From positions 30,605,328 to 30,669,327 of the forward strand of contig OZ316892.1 in the NCBI GenBank assembly GCA_973895155.1: a DNA stretch of 64,000 nucleotides, in the 5' to 3' direction. The notes beneath the pieces were generated by a model, which saw only the letters and a program-made list of their open reading frames with translations, searched no databases and was not told the DNA's origin. This stretch comes from Marsupella aquatica (Eukaryota; Plantae; Marchantiophyta). The number at the start of each line of letters is the position of its first letter. Position 1 is the first letter of the stretch. Below, one piece after another: positions 38,593-49,200 of the stretch. Both the position numbers and the translations under genes were made by a program.

Positions 38593-41500
38593 ATGGAACC
38601 CGGGCAGAGGCCGGAGGTAAGGCTGAGGGTGAAAACCCGATTAGGGTTAGGGCGCGTTAAGCGTCGGCGGCTAGGAAGGATCAACGGGAAGAAGGACCGG
38701 CAGAGGAGAGGGGTAAGGAGCGCTTGCAGGAGATGGTGGCTCATTTGCGAGCACGAACTAGGCAGACGACTACGGGAGGCCAACTACTGTCAGCTGCTTA
38801 GGCAAGCACTCGGGGAGAGAGTAGATACCGACGATCAACCTAAGGAGGGTATGAGCAACATCAATCAAGCGGCACATTTCTGGGGATGCCTGTTCGAACG
38901 GGCGACTGAGTACATCAAGACTTACGAGGACGAGGAGTCAGAAAGGGCAGCTCGAGAATGGCAGGAGCTCGCTCGATTGTGGGAGCTGCAAAAGACGGCT
39001 TTCTTAGGAGGCGAACTCATCAAGGACGAGTTCCTGTGGACGCCTACTTCCAATCAACTCGACGATCTTCTGTTTTGCAAGGACAGCGTCGTCGGCATCC
39101 GAGAGGCCATCAAGAACTGCAACGACATACACTGGGAATTAAAGGGTAGCACGGAAAGGTGGACCCAGGCAACGGTGCTAGGAGAAACCTCCACGGCAGC
39201 AGAGATGAAGAGGAAGGGAGCCGTCAACGATGAAGCCACCCCGGCAAAAAGAACGAGGTCGGCGGCACCAAAGAAGCCAGCCGAGCAGCAGAGCAGGAGG
39301 CAGGGAGAAGCCGAAGAGGAGGAGGTCGATCCCATCAAGGCCATTCCAACCAGGGATGACACCTGGAAGGGCTGGGCGGCAACCCTACCGGTGGAGGTGC
39401 AACTACATTTTGCACGGGAGGAGGATGCATGCTTTACGGCCATGCAGACCAAGAAGTACCAAGGCTTCATGGCCGGATCCGGCTTGGAGGCCTTTGTAAG
39501 ATTACCATGGCTGAAGCCGGAGGTACCGGAGTCAGACCTATTAGAATTCGTGGGGTCATGGGAACCCGAGACCAATTGCACGAGGATATATGGGAAGGAT
39601 TTCTATCTTACTCCCAAGGTGATTGCCGAAGTGTTTGGCTTGCCGATGGGCAATAAGACCAAAGTTGATACCAGGAAGACCTTGCCTGACAAGGAGTTCC
39701 GGTCGTTCCCCGGGCCATCAACGAAGAATGGCTTCTTCCGGAACACCTGCACCAACCCGCACATAGGAGAGATGATCGACTTCTTGCGGGTGACCATGCA
39801 TTGTAACTTGCCGAGGGCAGAGATCGGCAAGGCACAGGTCTATCTGGCAGAAAGGCCAGACCCAAGCCGGGACTACAACGGGTACCTCCTCAACCAATTG
39901 AAGAAGATCTTAAAGGAGGAGCAGCAGGTAATCGGCATGGGGAGCGTGTCTCGGCTTGGCTATCACATGCCGCTGTTGTGCCGGTATGCCAGAGGTCAGA
40001 CTTTTGCCCCGGTACTTCCCCTGCAGGTAAGGGCACCCGAGGAAGCTCCAACGCCGAGGCCGTTGGCTGAGAAGCCTCAACCACCTGTTAGTCCTACGAT
40101 CGAGCAGGTGTTTAGGCCCAGGAAGGAAGACTTGCCGATGCAGCAACCAGGCATGCAGAGTCTGCTGAAACTACTGGAGAAAGAAAAGAAATCGGCATCG
40201 GCAACAACAACGGCAACGGCAACAATGCAGGACACTACTACAGAGGTAGGCCTACACCGGCTCACAAGAGAAAACCCCTTTGCTGGAGACAAGGAGAGAA
40301 TCAGGCCGGAATCCAAGCCAGGTGTTCGAATGTACGTGGGAACCTCAAGCTCTGAATCTGAGGCAGAATTGCCTGAAGCTCCTACCGAGGAAGAGGAGAG
40401 GGAGAAGCCGGAAATCCAAGAGGTAGAGGAGGCAGTGGAGGACTGCAGCCATGATAATTCCGGCTATGGGTCGGACCATCACGTTCCAGGAGTAAGGACC
40501 TGTGGCCGGTTTGTCCCCACACTTCCAAGGGTAGTGCGAGGGGACCCCAACCAGCAGAGTAGCCCTGAGTCTCCCCCACCAGATGTTGCTCCCCCGAGCT
40601 TCGACGGCATAAAACAGACGGTGCAGGAATTTCAGGAGCGAATCAAGCAGGAGGAAGAGGCCGCCCTGGCTAAGGAAAAGGATTTACCAGGAGGAGATTG
40701 GCCGGAGGACATCAGGCGGCTAGCCGAAAAAGGAAGCAAACCTCTAGCCACGATTGAAGAGATCCGCAGGACGGCTTGGGAGCAGAGGCCACGATGGGCG
40801 ATGCCGATCACTTCTACTTACTCCACCTACGCTAAGAATAGAGCCATGGAGTATGGTGAGATGTGTGGGGAACTTGCGCTCGGCATCTTTGGAGAGGAGT
40901 TGGAGGTAGGACCCTTTTTCCATAGGGAGCAGTTGGAGAAGCACCAATTAGAAGAAGCGGTGGCTTTAGAGAGAAGCAAGAAGGACGAGGTCATTCGGCG
41001 GCTTAGGAGGATGGAAGCCGAGATTGAAGATCTAAGGGCGGCCAAGAAAGCCCAAGATGAACTGCGGATTAAACGACATGAGCTGAACATCATGCAGGGG
41101 CAGTTGGACGCCGCGCAGGCTGATAATCAGAATATCAAGGATAAACTGACTCAGACGCAGGAAGAGTTGGCCGACACGATCAAAGAAAGGGAAAAGTGGA
41201 AGCAAGAGCTGAAGAATACAGAGGAGGCCCACATAACAACCAACAGCCGGGCCATGGCGGAGACCCAAAGAAAGGAATGGGCGTTGAAAGGGGAGCTCGA
41301 GAAAATCCGCGGAGCCCTTGAGCAGAAGGAGGTCGAGTTAGGGAAATCCTATCAAGGGATTATGGCGCTGCAGCAGGAGCTTGCGTCCCTGACGGCCAGC
41401 TTCAAGGCCGACCTAAGGGAGAAGGACGAGATGCTCGAACAGACTTACGCCAAGATGAACCAGATGGAGTCTGTCATCATTGCAGAGCTCGACAAGGAGC

Positions 41501-42216
41501 TAAGAGCAACCCAGGAGGAGAAGGCTACCTTGAAGAAGGAATTGGAGGAAGCCCACAGGGAGCAGGAGGAGGCCAAAAACGAGCTGGAGGGGGCACGTAA
41601 GGACCTGGATGAAACCCAAGAGGAGTTGGAGGAAATCACGAGGAAGATGGAGAACCTACAGCGGCGGGCCGACAACCAAACAGAGCGGCTGAAGAAACAA
41701 GCCGCAGTATTTAAATGCTTAGCTGCAGCAGGTCCATCTCCTGTTGGGACAAACCAGTTACCAGGGGTGGTAATTGCCGAAGGACAAGCCGCGCCACCTG
41801 CACCAGTGCCGGAGGTAAGTGGGAAGGGGAAGGGACCAGCTGCCGAGCCACCAACGAAGAAGAAGCGGAAACCTTCAGGGTCAAGGAGTAATACGACTTC
41901 ACAGGCCGTGGTGATCAAGGAGGTAGACCCAGCACCGACCCCAGACAGGGTCACGGCTAAGGATCCAACTACCCTAGGGGAAGGGGAGGCCGAAGCCGTG
42001 GGAGTGGCTGAAGCCGAAGCCGTGGGGGTGGCTGAAGCCGAAGCCGTGGGTATTGCCGAGGCCGGTGTCGAGGCTGAAGCCGAAGGTGGACCCAGTCAGG
42101 CCGAGGGAGAGTTGACTCGGTCAAGGGCAGGTAATCTGTCAGTAGGCGGGCCAACGGCAGTGGCTGCGGAGGAAGTGTTGGGGGCATCCATTGAGGATCC
42201 ACCACCGGTGTCGTGA
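38593..42216 (+). CDS. LTR-encoded ~1200-aa protein (PMD/plant-transposon-like segment, acidic/Pro-rich linker, long coiled coil), 5' LTR copy
   Basis: Open from GTG 38554, first ATG 38593, alternative ATG 38851. Motif LLEFVGSWEPETNCTRIYGKDFYLTPKVIAEVFGLP at ~39540-39645. Heptad-rich region ~40930-41710. Confidence 0.85.
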   Translation: MEPGQRPEVRLRVKTRLGLGRVKRRRLGRINGKKDRQRRGVRSACRRWWLICEHELGRRLREANYCQLLRQALGERVDTDDQPKEGMSNINQAAHFWGCLFERATEYIKTYEDEESERAAREWQELARLWELQKTAFLGGELIKDEFLWTPTSNQLDDLLFCKDSVVGIREAIKNCNDIHWELKGSTERWTQATVLGETSTAAEMKRKGAVNDEATPAKRTRSAAPKKPAEQQSRRQGEAEEEEVDPIKAIPTRDDTWKGWAATLPVEVQLHFAREEDACFTAMQTKKYQGFMAGSGLEAFVRLPWLKPEVPESDLLEFVGSWEPETNCTRIYGKDFYLTPKVIAEVFGLPMGNKTKVDTRKTLPDKEFRSFPGPSTKNGFFRNTCTNPHIGEMIDFLRVTMHCNLPRAEIGKAQVYLAERPDPSRDYNGYLLNQLKKILKEEQQVIGMGSVSRLGYHMPLLCRYARGQTFAPVLPLQVRAPEEAPTPRPLAEKPQPPVSPTIEQVFRPRKEDLPMQQPGMQSLLKLLEKEKKSASATTTATATMQDTTTEVGLHRLTRENPFAGDKERIRPESKPGVRMYVGTSSSESEAELPEAPTEEEEREKPEIQEVEEAVEDCSHDNSGYGSDHHVPGVRTCGRFVPTLPRVVRGDPNQQSSPESPPPDVAPPSFDGIKQTVQEFQERIKQEEEAALAKEKDLPGGDWPEDIRRLAEKGSKPLATIEEIRRTAWEQRPRWAMPITSTYSTYAKNRAMEYGEMCGELALGIFGEELEVGPFFHREQLEKHQLEEAVALERSKKDEVIRRLRRMEAEIEDLRAAKKAQDELRIKRHELNIMQGQLDAAQADNQNIKDKLTQTQEELADTIKEREKWKQELKNTEEAHITTNSRAMAETQRKEWALKGELEKIRGALEQKEVELGKSYQGIMALQQELASLTASFKADLREKDEMLEQTYAKMNQMESVIIAELDKELRATQEEKATLKKELEEAHREQEEAKNELEGARKDLDETQEELEEITRKMENLQRRADNQTERLKKQAAVFKCLAAAGPSPVGTNQLPGVVIAEGQAAPPAPVPEVSGKGKGPAAEPPTKKKRKPSGSRSNTTSQAVVIKEVDPAPTPDRVTAKDPTTLGEGEAEAVGVAEAEAVGVAEAEAVGIAEAGVEAEAEGGPSQAEGELTRSRAGNLSVGGPTAVAAEEVLGASIEDPPPVS
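41990..42085 (+). repeat. 24-bp coding minisatellite (AEAEAVGV)
   Basis: GCCGAAGCCGTGGGAGTGGCTGAA units, with one extra unit in the 3' LTR (52873-52993). Confidence 0.85.
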
Positions 42217-43141
42217 CGGTGCAAGGGCGCCGTTCCTTTTAGGGAGGGCGGACGTGGAGGGAGGAGGCGTGAGTGGGCAGGGCGGGCATGGATCTCCACG
42301 TTTAGGATTAGGATCAGAACCAGGAGCGGCCCTGACACTTAGCTTAGTGGGATTGCGGTCCCACTGGTAGGAGCAACACTTGTGCTCCTGCCTTGCTGTA
42401 CATAGGTAGATTCGGGCAAGTAGATTACTGTTAAGTAGATTAGGCTTACGATGCAAAGAATGGCGGATCCACTACCAGGATAAGTACCTGGGCAGCGGGG
42501 AGCTCAGGGCCTCTTCTTTAGCAAGTTTTTAGTTTGCACCAGCCGGGCTGGGATCAAGTAGTACGAGAAGCTCTCGGTTAGTCATACAGTGACCCTTGTG
42601 TATATTCATGTTTCCTCATGCCTAAGAGCTGAATAGAGTTGGCCTCACGGCTTAGTTCGCAGAACTTGTGTATGAGATGTACTGTTTGTATGGCAAGTGC
42701 ATGGTATGACTCAGTCAGAATGAGTCATTTTGCTATTTGTGTGTCGCATTAACTTGTGTGAAGAGTGCCCACATCAACAGAAGGAAGGAAAGTAAGCAGG
42801 GGAGTGAGAGTTGGATGTGTCGAGCTGAGAGAGGTCTTAGCGGCTTAACCAAGCCTATTGGGGATCATTCCGGCGGCGGAATCCAAACATACCTAACAAG
42901 ACGGAGGGGAAGACAGGGGAAGACAGGGGAAGGCCTATATTAGGCCGGCTACGTATCTCATGACCCGATGAAGGATCTGTCCAGTATATGTGTGTAAAAT
43001 GTTAATAGTAGTAGTAGAAGGTTAGCAGCGTCCCATGCCGCTAAGCCGCGGAAACGGCCTCGCCAAGCGTGAAACCCGCAGGAATCGGCTTGAGCTGGGG
43101 GGTTGCTTGGGTTTAGGGAGCCATGGGACGCACCACATTTT

Positions 43142-43159
43142 TGGCGCTAGATGGAGGGG
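43142..43159 (+). promoter_or_regulatory. Primer-binding site
   Basis: TGGCGCTAGATGGAGGGG, 4 nt after the LTR. Resembles the PBS of Tat-type elements (probably tRNA-Arg; identity not verified). Confidence 0.8.
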
Positions 43160-43206
43160 GCATTTCTTAAGCCGTGAGATATGAAGTTAGAACGGAAGCG
43201 TAGGTA

Positions 43207-46200
43207 ATGACTGACCTTACGCCGAGGGAAGAAAGAGTGATTCAACGGGAGAGAGCTCGACTGCAGCAGCTCGCCGGGTGGCATGATACACAGCGACTGA
43301 GAGGGGCAGAAAGAGCTGGTAGCTCCGAAACTGGAAGTGGCGTCGAAGAAGACATACCAGAAGAAGAGTCGGTAAGGAGAAGTGAGTCTCCAACCGACAT
43401 GGGGGAACCAGAGGCACGGCCAGACGAGAGGCCAGGGACCAGATTGAGCCAGCGGTCGCGCATACGTTACAAGGCATTTCATGGGAGAGGAGATGAGGAT
43501 CCGGACGAATGGTTGGATGATTTCGAGGGAACCGCTGCAGCAAATGGAGAATCGGCCATCAAGATGCAGATTCTTCCCGGCCTGTTCAAGGGTGAGGCTA
43601 GGCCTTGGTACAGAGCATTAGATGTGGAAGATCAAGCCATCTGGGATATCTTCAAAACACTCTTTGTTAAGGAGTTTCGACCCATTGGAACTTCAGAACT
43701 AGCAGTGCTGAAGTTGGGACAACTTCGGTTCAAGGAGAACAAATCCTTCAGGAAGTTCTTGCAACGCTTTCAGAAACTGGTAAGACGTACAAAGACCAAT
43801 GCATCTGAAGGTATGCAACTTCAATGGTTGGTGAATGCTTTGCCACAGAAGATGAGTTTTGCAATTAGGAAGGAGAACCCGGAGACTTTAGCCGAAGCAA
43901 TTAAGGATATTCAATTATACATTAATGCAGATATCACAAGCCGGAAGAAACAGCTTAAGTCTGAGAGTTCCTCATCAGAGGAGGGATCACCCCATAAGAA
44001 AAAAGATAAGAAGAAGAAACATTCCAAGAAGTCTAGAAGTGATAAGTCAAGCTCGAATAGTGGGAGTAGCAAGAGTGAGTCATCTTCTAGTTCTGAAGAA
44101 GAAAAAACTAGGAAAAGGAAGGGCAGAAGGAGAGGGAAGACGAAAGTCAAGATGGAGGCTAAGCCACCAGATAACATCGTAGCCCTTACCGAGCAACTTA
44201 AGGCTATCATTGCAGAGGTAAAACCAAAGAAGAAGGTAGTACAGGAGGATAGCTCTGTATGGTGTGCCTTATGTTATAAAACCGGACACCATAAAGATGC
44301 TTGTCCTAAGCTTAATACTAATCATGTTCGGCATGTGGCCGAGATCAGACCATGTCAGGGAGAAGTAGAGTACTTTTTGGGAGATGCCGCTGATAGTGTT
44401 TTCGGCATCAGTGAGACTGGAGCACGAGACCTATCCAACAGACCTGCATCTCTATGGTCAGGGTTAAGGAACAATCCAGGAGAGATGTATCCTCGGATTA
44501 TTCAGAACCCGTCAGTACCTCTTAGGCCGAATGTGCAAAGATTTGCGGCGTGCTATAATTGTGGTCAACCTGGCCATTTTGCTAGAGAATGCCCGAATGC
44601 ACGCAAACAGGGTGATGGACAACCAGCTCAGCTATGTATGGGATGCCGACAGGAAGGTCATATGCTAGGGCAATGTCCTACTTGGTTGGCAGGCCTGGCC
44701 GTAAATCATAAGCTTTTGCCGATCAAGATCTTACCGCCAGGTACTACCCCCGAAGGAGTTCAAATCAACCACATCGAACTAGGATGGCAAGAGGATGCCG
44801 AGGCAGAGTTCGTACCATCTGATGATGAGGCCGAAGCCCTATCAACCTTCTCAGAGGAGGATTTAGATCATAATTGCTACCGGGTCTCTACTCGATCTAC
44901 CAGAAGGAAGGAAAGGTGGGATGGGCTGGCCAAAAATAAAGGGAAGGTTACGGAGGAAAGGATCGACTCTTCGTCAACATCAACAGAAGGAGAAGGGAGG
45001 GCTCCGGCAATACAGGTAAGCCATGAGCCCACCAGTGAAACCAATCCTTCACAAGATAGCGACTTCAATCGAGATCATCCTAAGTTGTTCTACCCCTCTG
45101 TTACGGCTAGTGTTAAGGAACAACTAAGAGAATTAGAAACCCTGGAGAATACCGAAGCCATTGCCAAGGATGTAAAACGAGCAAAAGCATTGTTTGCTTC
45201 GGAAGACCCAACAGCTGTGGAGACTAGCGTGGCAAAACTGGCCGAATCCAAGACGGAAACACCACCAGAAGAGAAGCCGATTGTTCCCTATGACCTGGCT
45301 AAAGATGTACTAGAATCTAGAGTCTCGGCAACAGTAGGTCAACTATTGAAAAATAGCCCGTACTTCCGGAAGCAATTAAGGAAGGCTATTCTCGGCAAGC
45401 CGAGATTACCCAAGGTAGCAACCAGATCCGACGTACTAATGATAGAAGAAGATCAAGGAGCCCCAGCATTACCATTAATGATTCAAGGAGAATTATTACT
45501 ACGGGTACCCATCGATGGAGGATCAGGGGTATGTATTATGATTGATTCAACAGCAAAAGGGTGGGGTCTAACACCGGAGATGACTGGAAGAGTGTTGAAC
45601 ATGGCCAATGGATATCAGGTCATTCCTACGGGAGTGTTAACCGGCATCAAGACAGAGATAGGAGGTATCTTCTTTAGCATTAACTATGTAGTAATGAAAC
45701 CGGTAAATCCTACGTCATTCCGGCTATTGATTGGTAGGCCATGGCTGTACCTAGCCGAGGTAATAGAAGATTGGGGTAAAAAGCAGTTCACTTTCGGGAC
45801 CCCCTCTATCACGGTATCCTGGGACACTAAGGATGACCGTAGGAAAAGCATAAGGGAAGTAGATGGGTACGATAGTGGACTGGAGTCAGCCGATGAAGTA
45901 CGTTGGTTAGAATGCTTCACTAACCTAACCGAAGAAGGTGTCTTTGGACCAGAGGTACCCCCCAGCGGATTATGGCAAGAACCAATGGAAGGTGACTTGG
46001 AAGAAGAAGACGAAGAGGTCGTGGACTGCTTTACAATAGAATCCACCTTTTTAGCTGCAATTCCGGAGGAAGTTAAGGATGTAGACCAATTGGATGAAAC
46101 GGCTAAGTGGGGAGCAGTAGCAGGGACAGTGGATTTTCTGCAGGCGTTGTGGCAGAGCCGACGGGGTCCACAACGCCATCGATCATCGGCAAGGAATTAA
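43207..46200 (+). CDS. gag: Gag-protease polyprotein (capsid, three CCHC knuckles, aspartic protease)
   Basis: FHGRGDEDPDEWL and GEARPWY capsid motifs. Knuckles CALCYKTGHHKDAC, CYNCGQPGHFAREC and CMGCRQEGHMLGQC. Protease IDGGSGVCIM and LLIGRPWL. Confidence 0.95.
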   Translation: MTDLTPREERVIQRERARLQQLAGWHDTQRLRGAERAGSSETGSGVEEDIPEEESVRRSESPTDMGEPEARPDERPGTRLSQRSRIRYKAFHGRGDEDPDEWLDDFEGTAAANGESAIKMQILPGLFKGEARPWYRALDVEDQAIWDIFKTLFVKEFRPIGTSELAVLKLGQLRFKENKSFRKFLQRFQKLVRRTKTNASEGMQLQWLVNALPQKMSFAIRKENPETLAEAIKDIQLYINADITSRKKQLKSESSSSEEGSPHKKKDKKKKHSKKSRSDKSSSNSGSSKSESSSSSEEEKTRKRKGRRRGKTKVKMEAKPPDNIVALTEQLKAIIAEVKPKKKVVQEDSSVWCALCYKTGHHKDACPKLNTNHVRHVAEIRPCQGEVEYFLGDAADSVFGISETGARDLSNRPASLWSGLRNNPGEMYPRIIQNPSVPLRPNVQRFAACYNCGQPGHFARECPNARKQGDGQPAQLCMGCRQEGHMLGQCPTWLAGLAVNHKLLPIKILPPGTTPEGVQINHIELGWQEDAEAEFVPSDDEAEALSTFSEEDLDHNCYRVSTRSTRRKERWDGLAKNKGKVTEERIDSSSTSTEGEGRAPAIQVSHEPTSETNPSQDSDFNRDHPKLFYPSVTASVKEQLRELETLENTEAIAKDVKRAKALFASEDPTAVETSVAKLAESKTETPPEEKPIVPYDLAKDVLESRVSATVGQLLKNSPYFRKQLRKAILGKPRLPKVATRSDVLMIEEDQGAPALPLMIQGELLLRVPIDGGSGVCIMIDSTAKGWGLTPEMTGRVLNMANGYQVIPTGVLTGIKTEIGGIFFSINYVVMKPVNPTSFRLLIGRPWLYLAEVIEDWGKKQFTFGTPSITVSWDTKDDRRKSIREVDGYDSGLESADEVRWLECFTNLTEEGVFGPEVPPSGLWQEPMEGDLEEEDEEVVDCFTIESTFLAAIPEEVKDVDQLDETAKWGAVAGTVDFLQALWQSRRGPQRHRSSARN

Positions 46201-49200
46201 ATACCAAGGGATCGGCATACAAGCCGATTACGAGGGCAGAACAAATTGAGGCCCTATTAGAAGCCGAGAGAGCACAGCGGCCTAACTCTCAGGAGCAAGA
46301 GGTGGATGAGATGGACAGACACGATCCAGAGCCAAGGCAGGAAGGAGAGCCGACCACTAATTCAAAACCGAATAGACCGGTAAGGGGACAATCTATGGAC
46401 ACCAAGGAAGGGACCGACTCGGCTAGTCCAGCCGAGATCCCAGTTTATGGAGGTATGAGATTAGAGAGACTGGAAGCCGAACTGGACCCGAATTTGAAGA
46501 AGCAGATTAATATGATCCAAGCACGGCAATATCGGAAGCTCGACTTAGGAGAGGGAAGAGAACTGAACTTAGGGAGAAACCTAGCACCTGAGCTCGAGAA
46601 AGAGATCAGTGACTTATTGATTAAATTTCAGGATGTGTTTGCATGGAGTCCCCAAGATCTAAAGGGCGTAGATCCAACACTAGGGGAACATCGAATTGAT
46701 CTCATGTTAGGAGCCAAATCATTTCGACAACCAATTCGAAGGATGAACCCGAAGTATTCCCGGCTAGTCAAAACAGAAATCGACAAACTAGTGGAAGCTG
46801 GATTCATCACTCCAGTCCTGCATTCAGACTGGGTGTCTCCAATTGTGATAGTTCCCAAAAAAGCGGGACCCGATGGTAAAACCAAGATCCGGGTTTGTCA
46901 GGATTACAGGAAGCTGAATGAAGCAACATTAAAAGACCATTTTCCTTTACCGTTTACTGATATGGTACTAGACATGGTAGCCAGTCATGAACTATATTCA
47001 TTCATGGATGGATACTCTGGTTATAACCAAATCAGGATTCGGCAGGAAGACCAAATCAAGACGGCCTTCATCACGGAATGGGGGATCTATGTCTTCAATC
47101 GTATGCCGTTTGGACTCTGCAACGCACCAGCTATGTTCCAACGATTAATGGTGAACATTTTTCATGATTACTTGAGAAAGTTCATGGAAATCTTCATTGA
47201 TGACTTTGCAGTATTCGGGAAGGCATCGAAACATGCTAAATACCTCAGGAAAACCTTCATGAGATGTAGGGAGGTGGGTCTCAAGTTACACCCAGATAAA
47301 TGTTTTTTTGCAGTAACCGAGGGGGTGCTACTAGGTCACAAGGTATCAAGGAAGGGCATTGAGATTGACAAAGGTAAGCTAGCAGTATGGCTAGATATCA
47401 TGCAACCTAAGAACATAAAGGATGTAAGATCCTTCTTGGGATGCATTGGTTACTATCGCCGGTTCATCAAGGATTTTGCCAAGCTAGCTTTACCATTAAC
47501 CAATATGCTCAAGGCAGGAGCAGACTTCGAACCCACACCCGAACGAGTCACAGCGGTGGTAGAATTGAAGCAGATGTTAGTAGAGGCCCCAGTCATGATA
47601 GCACCGGACTGGAACAAAGATTTTCATGTTTTTGTAGATGTCTCGGGCTTCTGTATTGGCTCAGTACTAAGTCAGTTGGATGAGAAAAGAAGGGACCATC
47701 CCATATACTTCGCAAGCCGTCAGCTTGCCGATGCCGAACGGAACTACTCTACCACGGAAAGAGAAGCATTAGGAGTCATTTATTCTTGTAAAAAGTTTAG
47801 GCATTATTTACTAGGGTACAAGGTAATCTTTCATACTGATCATGAAAGTTTGAAGTACCTAGTCAATAAGCCGGACCTTACAGGCAGAGTAGCAAGATGG
47901 ATTTTGCTATTACAGGAGTTTGACTATGAGCTGAGGATCAAGCCGGGAAAGTTACATGCCAATGCCGACTTCTTTTCAAGGATCACAGGTACACCTGCCA
48001 CGGATTGCATCGATGATCGATTCCCCGACGAGGAGCTATTCGTTGTGGAAATAGCTGGTACATGGTACCCTGAGATTTTACAATTTCTCAGCACTTCCAG
48101 ATTACAGCCAGGATTAAGCCGAGAGCAAGCCGCAGTCTTTGTGCGGAAGGTCAGACAGTATCAGTGCATTAAAGGCATACTGCACAAGCATGGAATCAAC
48201 GGCACGATTCAAAGGTGTTTGGAGAAGACAGAGGTAAAACGAGTCCTACGGGCCATGCATGGAGAGGAGGCCGGAGGACATTTTGCCCCAGTAACCACGT
48301 CTAAGAAGATATTAAATGCCGGTTACTGGTGGCCCACCTTGCACAAAGATGTCTATCAGTTTATCAAACAATGCGATCCTTGTCAACGAGCGGGCGGACC
48401 AAGGGCGTCCACCAGGCATCCACTGCACCCTATTCTACCTCTGGCACCATTCGAGAAGTGGGGTATTGATTACATTGGACCTCTGAAACCACTGACCCAC
48501 CCTCGACGGAACAAGTACATAATCCTGGCTACGGATTATGCAACTAAATGGGTAGAGGCCAGACCAACAACGAAGGATGATGCAATTACTACGGCTAGAT
48601 TCATGTATGAGCAGATCTTCACCAGGTATGGAGCACCCCTAGAATTAGTTAGTGATAGAGGAACCCATTTTTTGAATGATATAATTAGTCGTTTAAATGA
48701 GCAGTATTTAGTTAAACATAGGCCTACTACTCCCTACCATCCAAAGGCAAACGGGTTGACAGAACGAGCAAACGGAATCATAGGAAAGATATTGAACAAG
48801 ACAGTAGCTCAGAACAAACTCGATTGGGATGATAAATTGTTTGCTGCTGTTTTTGCTTACAATCTGGCCTATAAATCCACTACCGGTCATACACCCTTCT
48901 TCTTAACCTTTGGACAAGAAGCCCTGGTACCCACGCAACTTGAGATACCGACATTTCAAGTTACAATTGAGGAAAGAGCCTCAGCGGAGGAGAGCCTAAA
49001 GGAGCGAGAATATAGGTTAGAAGCTTTAGAGGAAGCGAGAATGATTTCAGCCGAGAGAGTAGAATATAGACAGAATATCATGAAGCAGCAGTATGATAAA
49101 AGGTTAAAAGTAGTTAGTATTCATACCGGTGATCTTGTGCTACTTTATGACAGTAGGTATAGTAGGTTTCCAGGGAAGCTTTACACTCGCTGGTTAGGAC

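Larger units (their letters stand above)
38478..43137 (+). repeat. 5' LTR (4660 bp)
   Basis: TGTGATGCC...GCACCACA, followed by TTTT and the PBS. More than 99% identical to the 3' LTR by eye. Confidence 0.96.

Noticed and set aside
38640-38652. Telomere repeat TTAGGGTTAGGG
   Set aside because: Only two units inside an ORF. At most a telo-box-like motif, not an interstitial telomere.
38593-42216. Envelope glycoprotein or host SMC/myosin gene
   Set aside because: No signal peptide, transmembrane helix or ATPase motifs are seen, and the ORF is confined to LTRs.
39054-42456. Numerous short antisense or alternate-frame ORFs (also at 49938-53364 and 54184-56763)
   Set aside because: These are shadow frames of the long GC-rich ORF and recur only because the LTR is repeated.
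38478-43137. Repeat interpreted as a tandem or segmental duplication, or assembly artefact, of an internal env-like ORF
   Set aside because: Boundaries coincide exactly with TG/CA, PBS, PPT and TSD. The copies differ by SNPs and an indel, and an independent solo copy has the same ends and its own TSD.
42217-43137. Hammerhead ribozyme (retrozyme-like) in the LTR
   Set aside because: No CUGANGA...GAAA core with flanking helices was found on either strand by eye.
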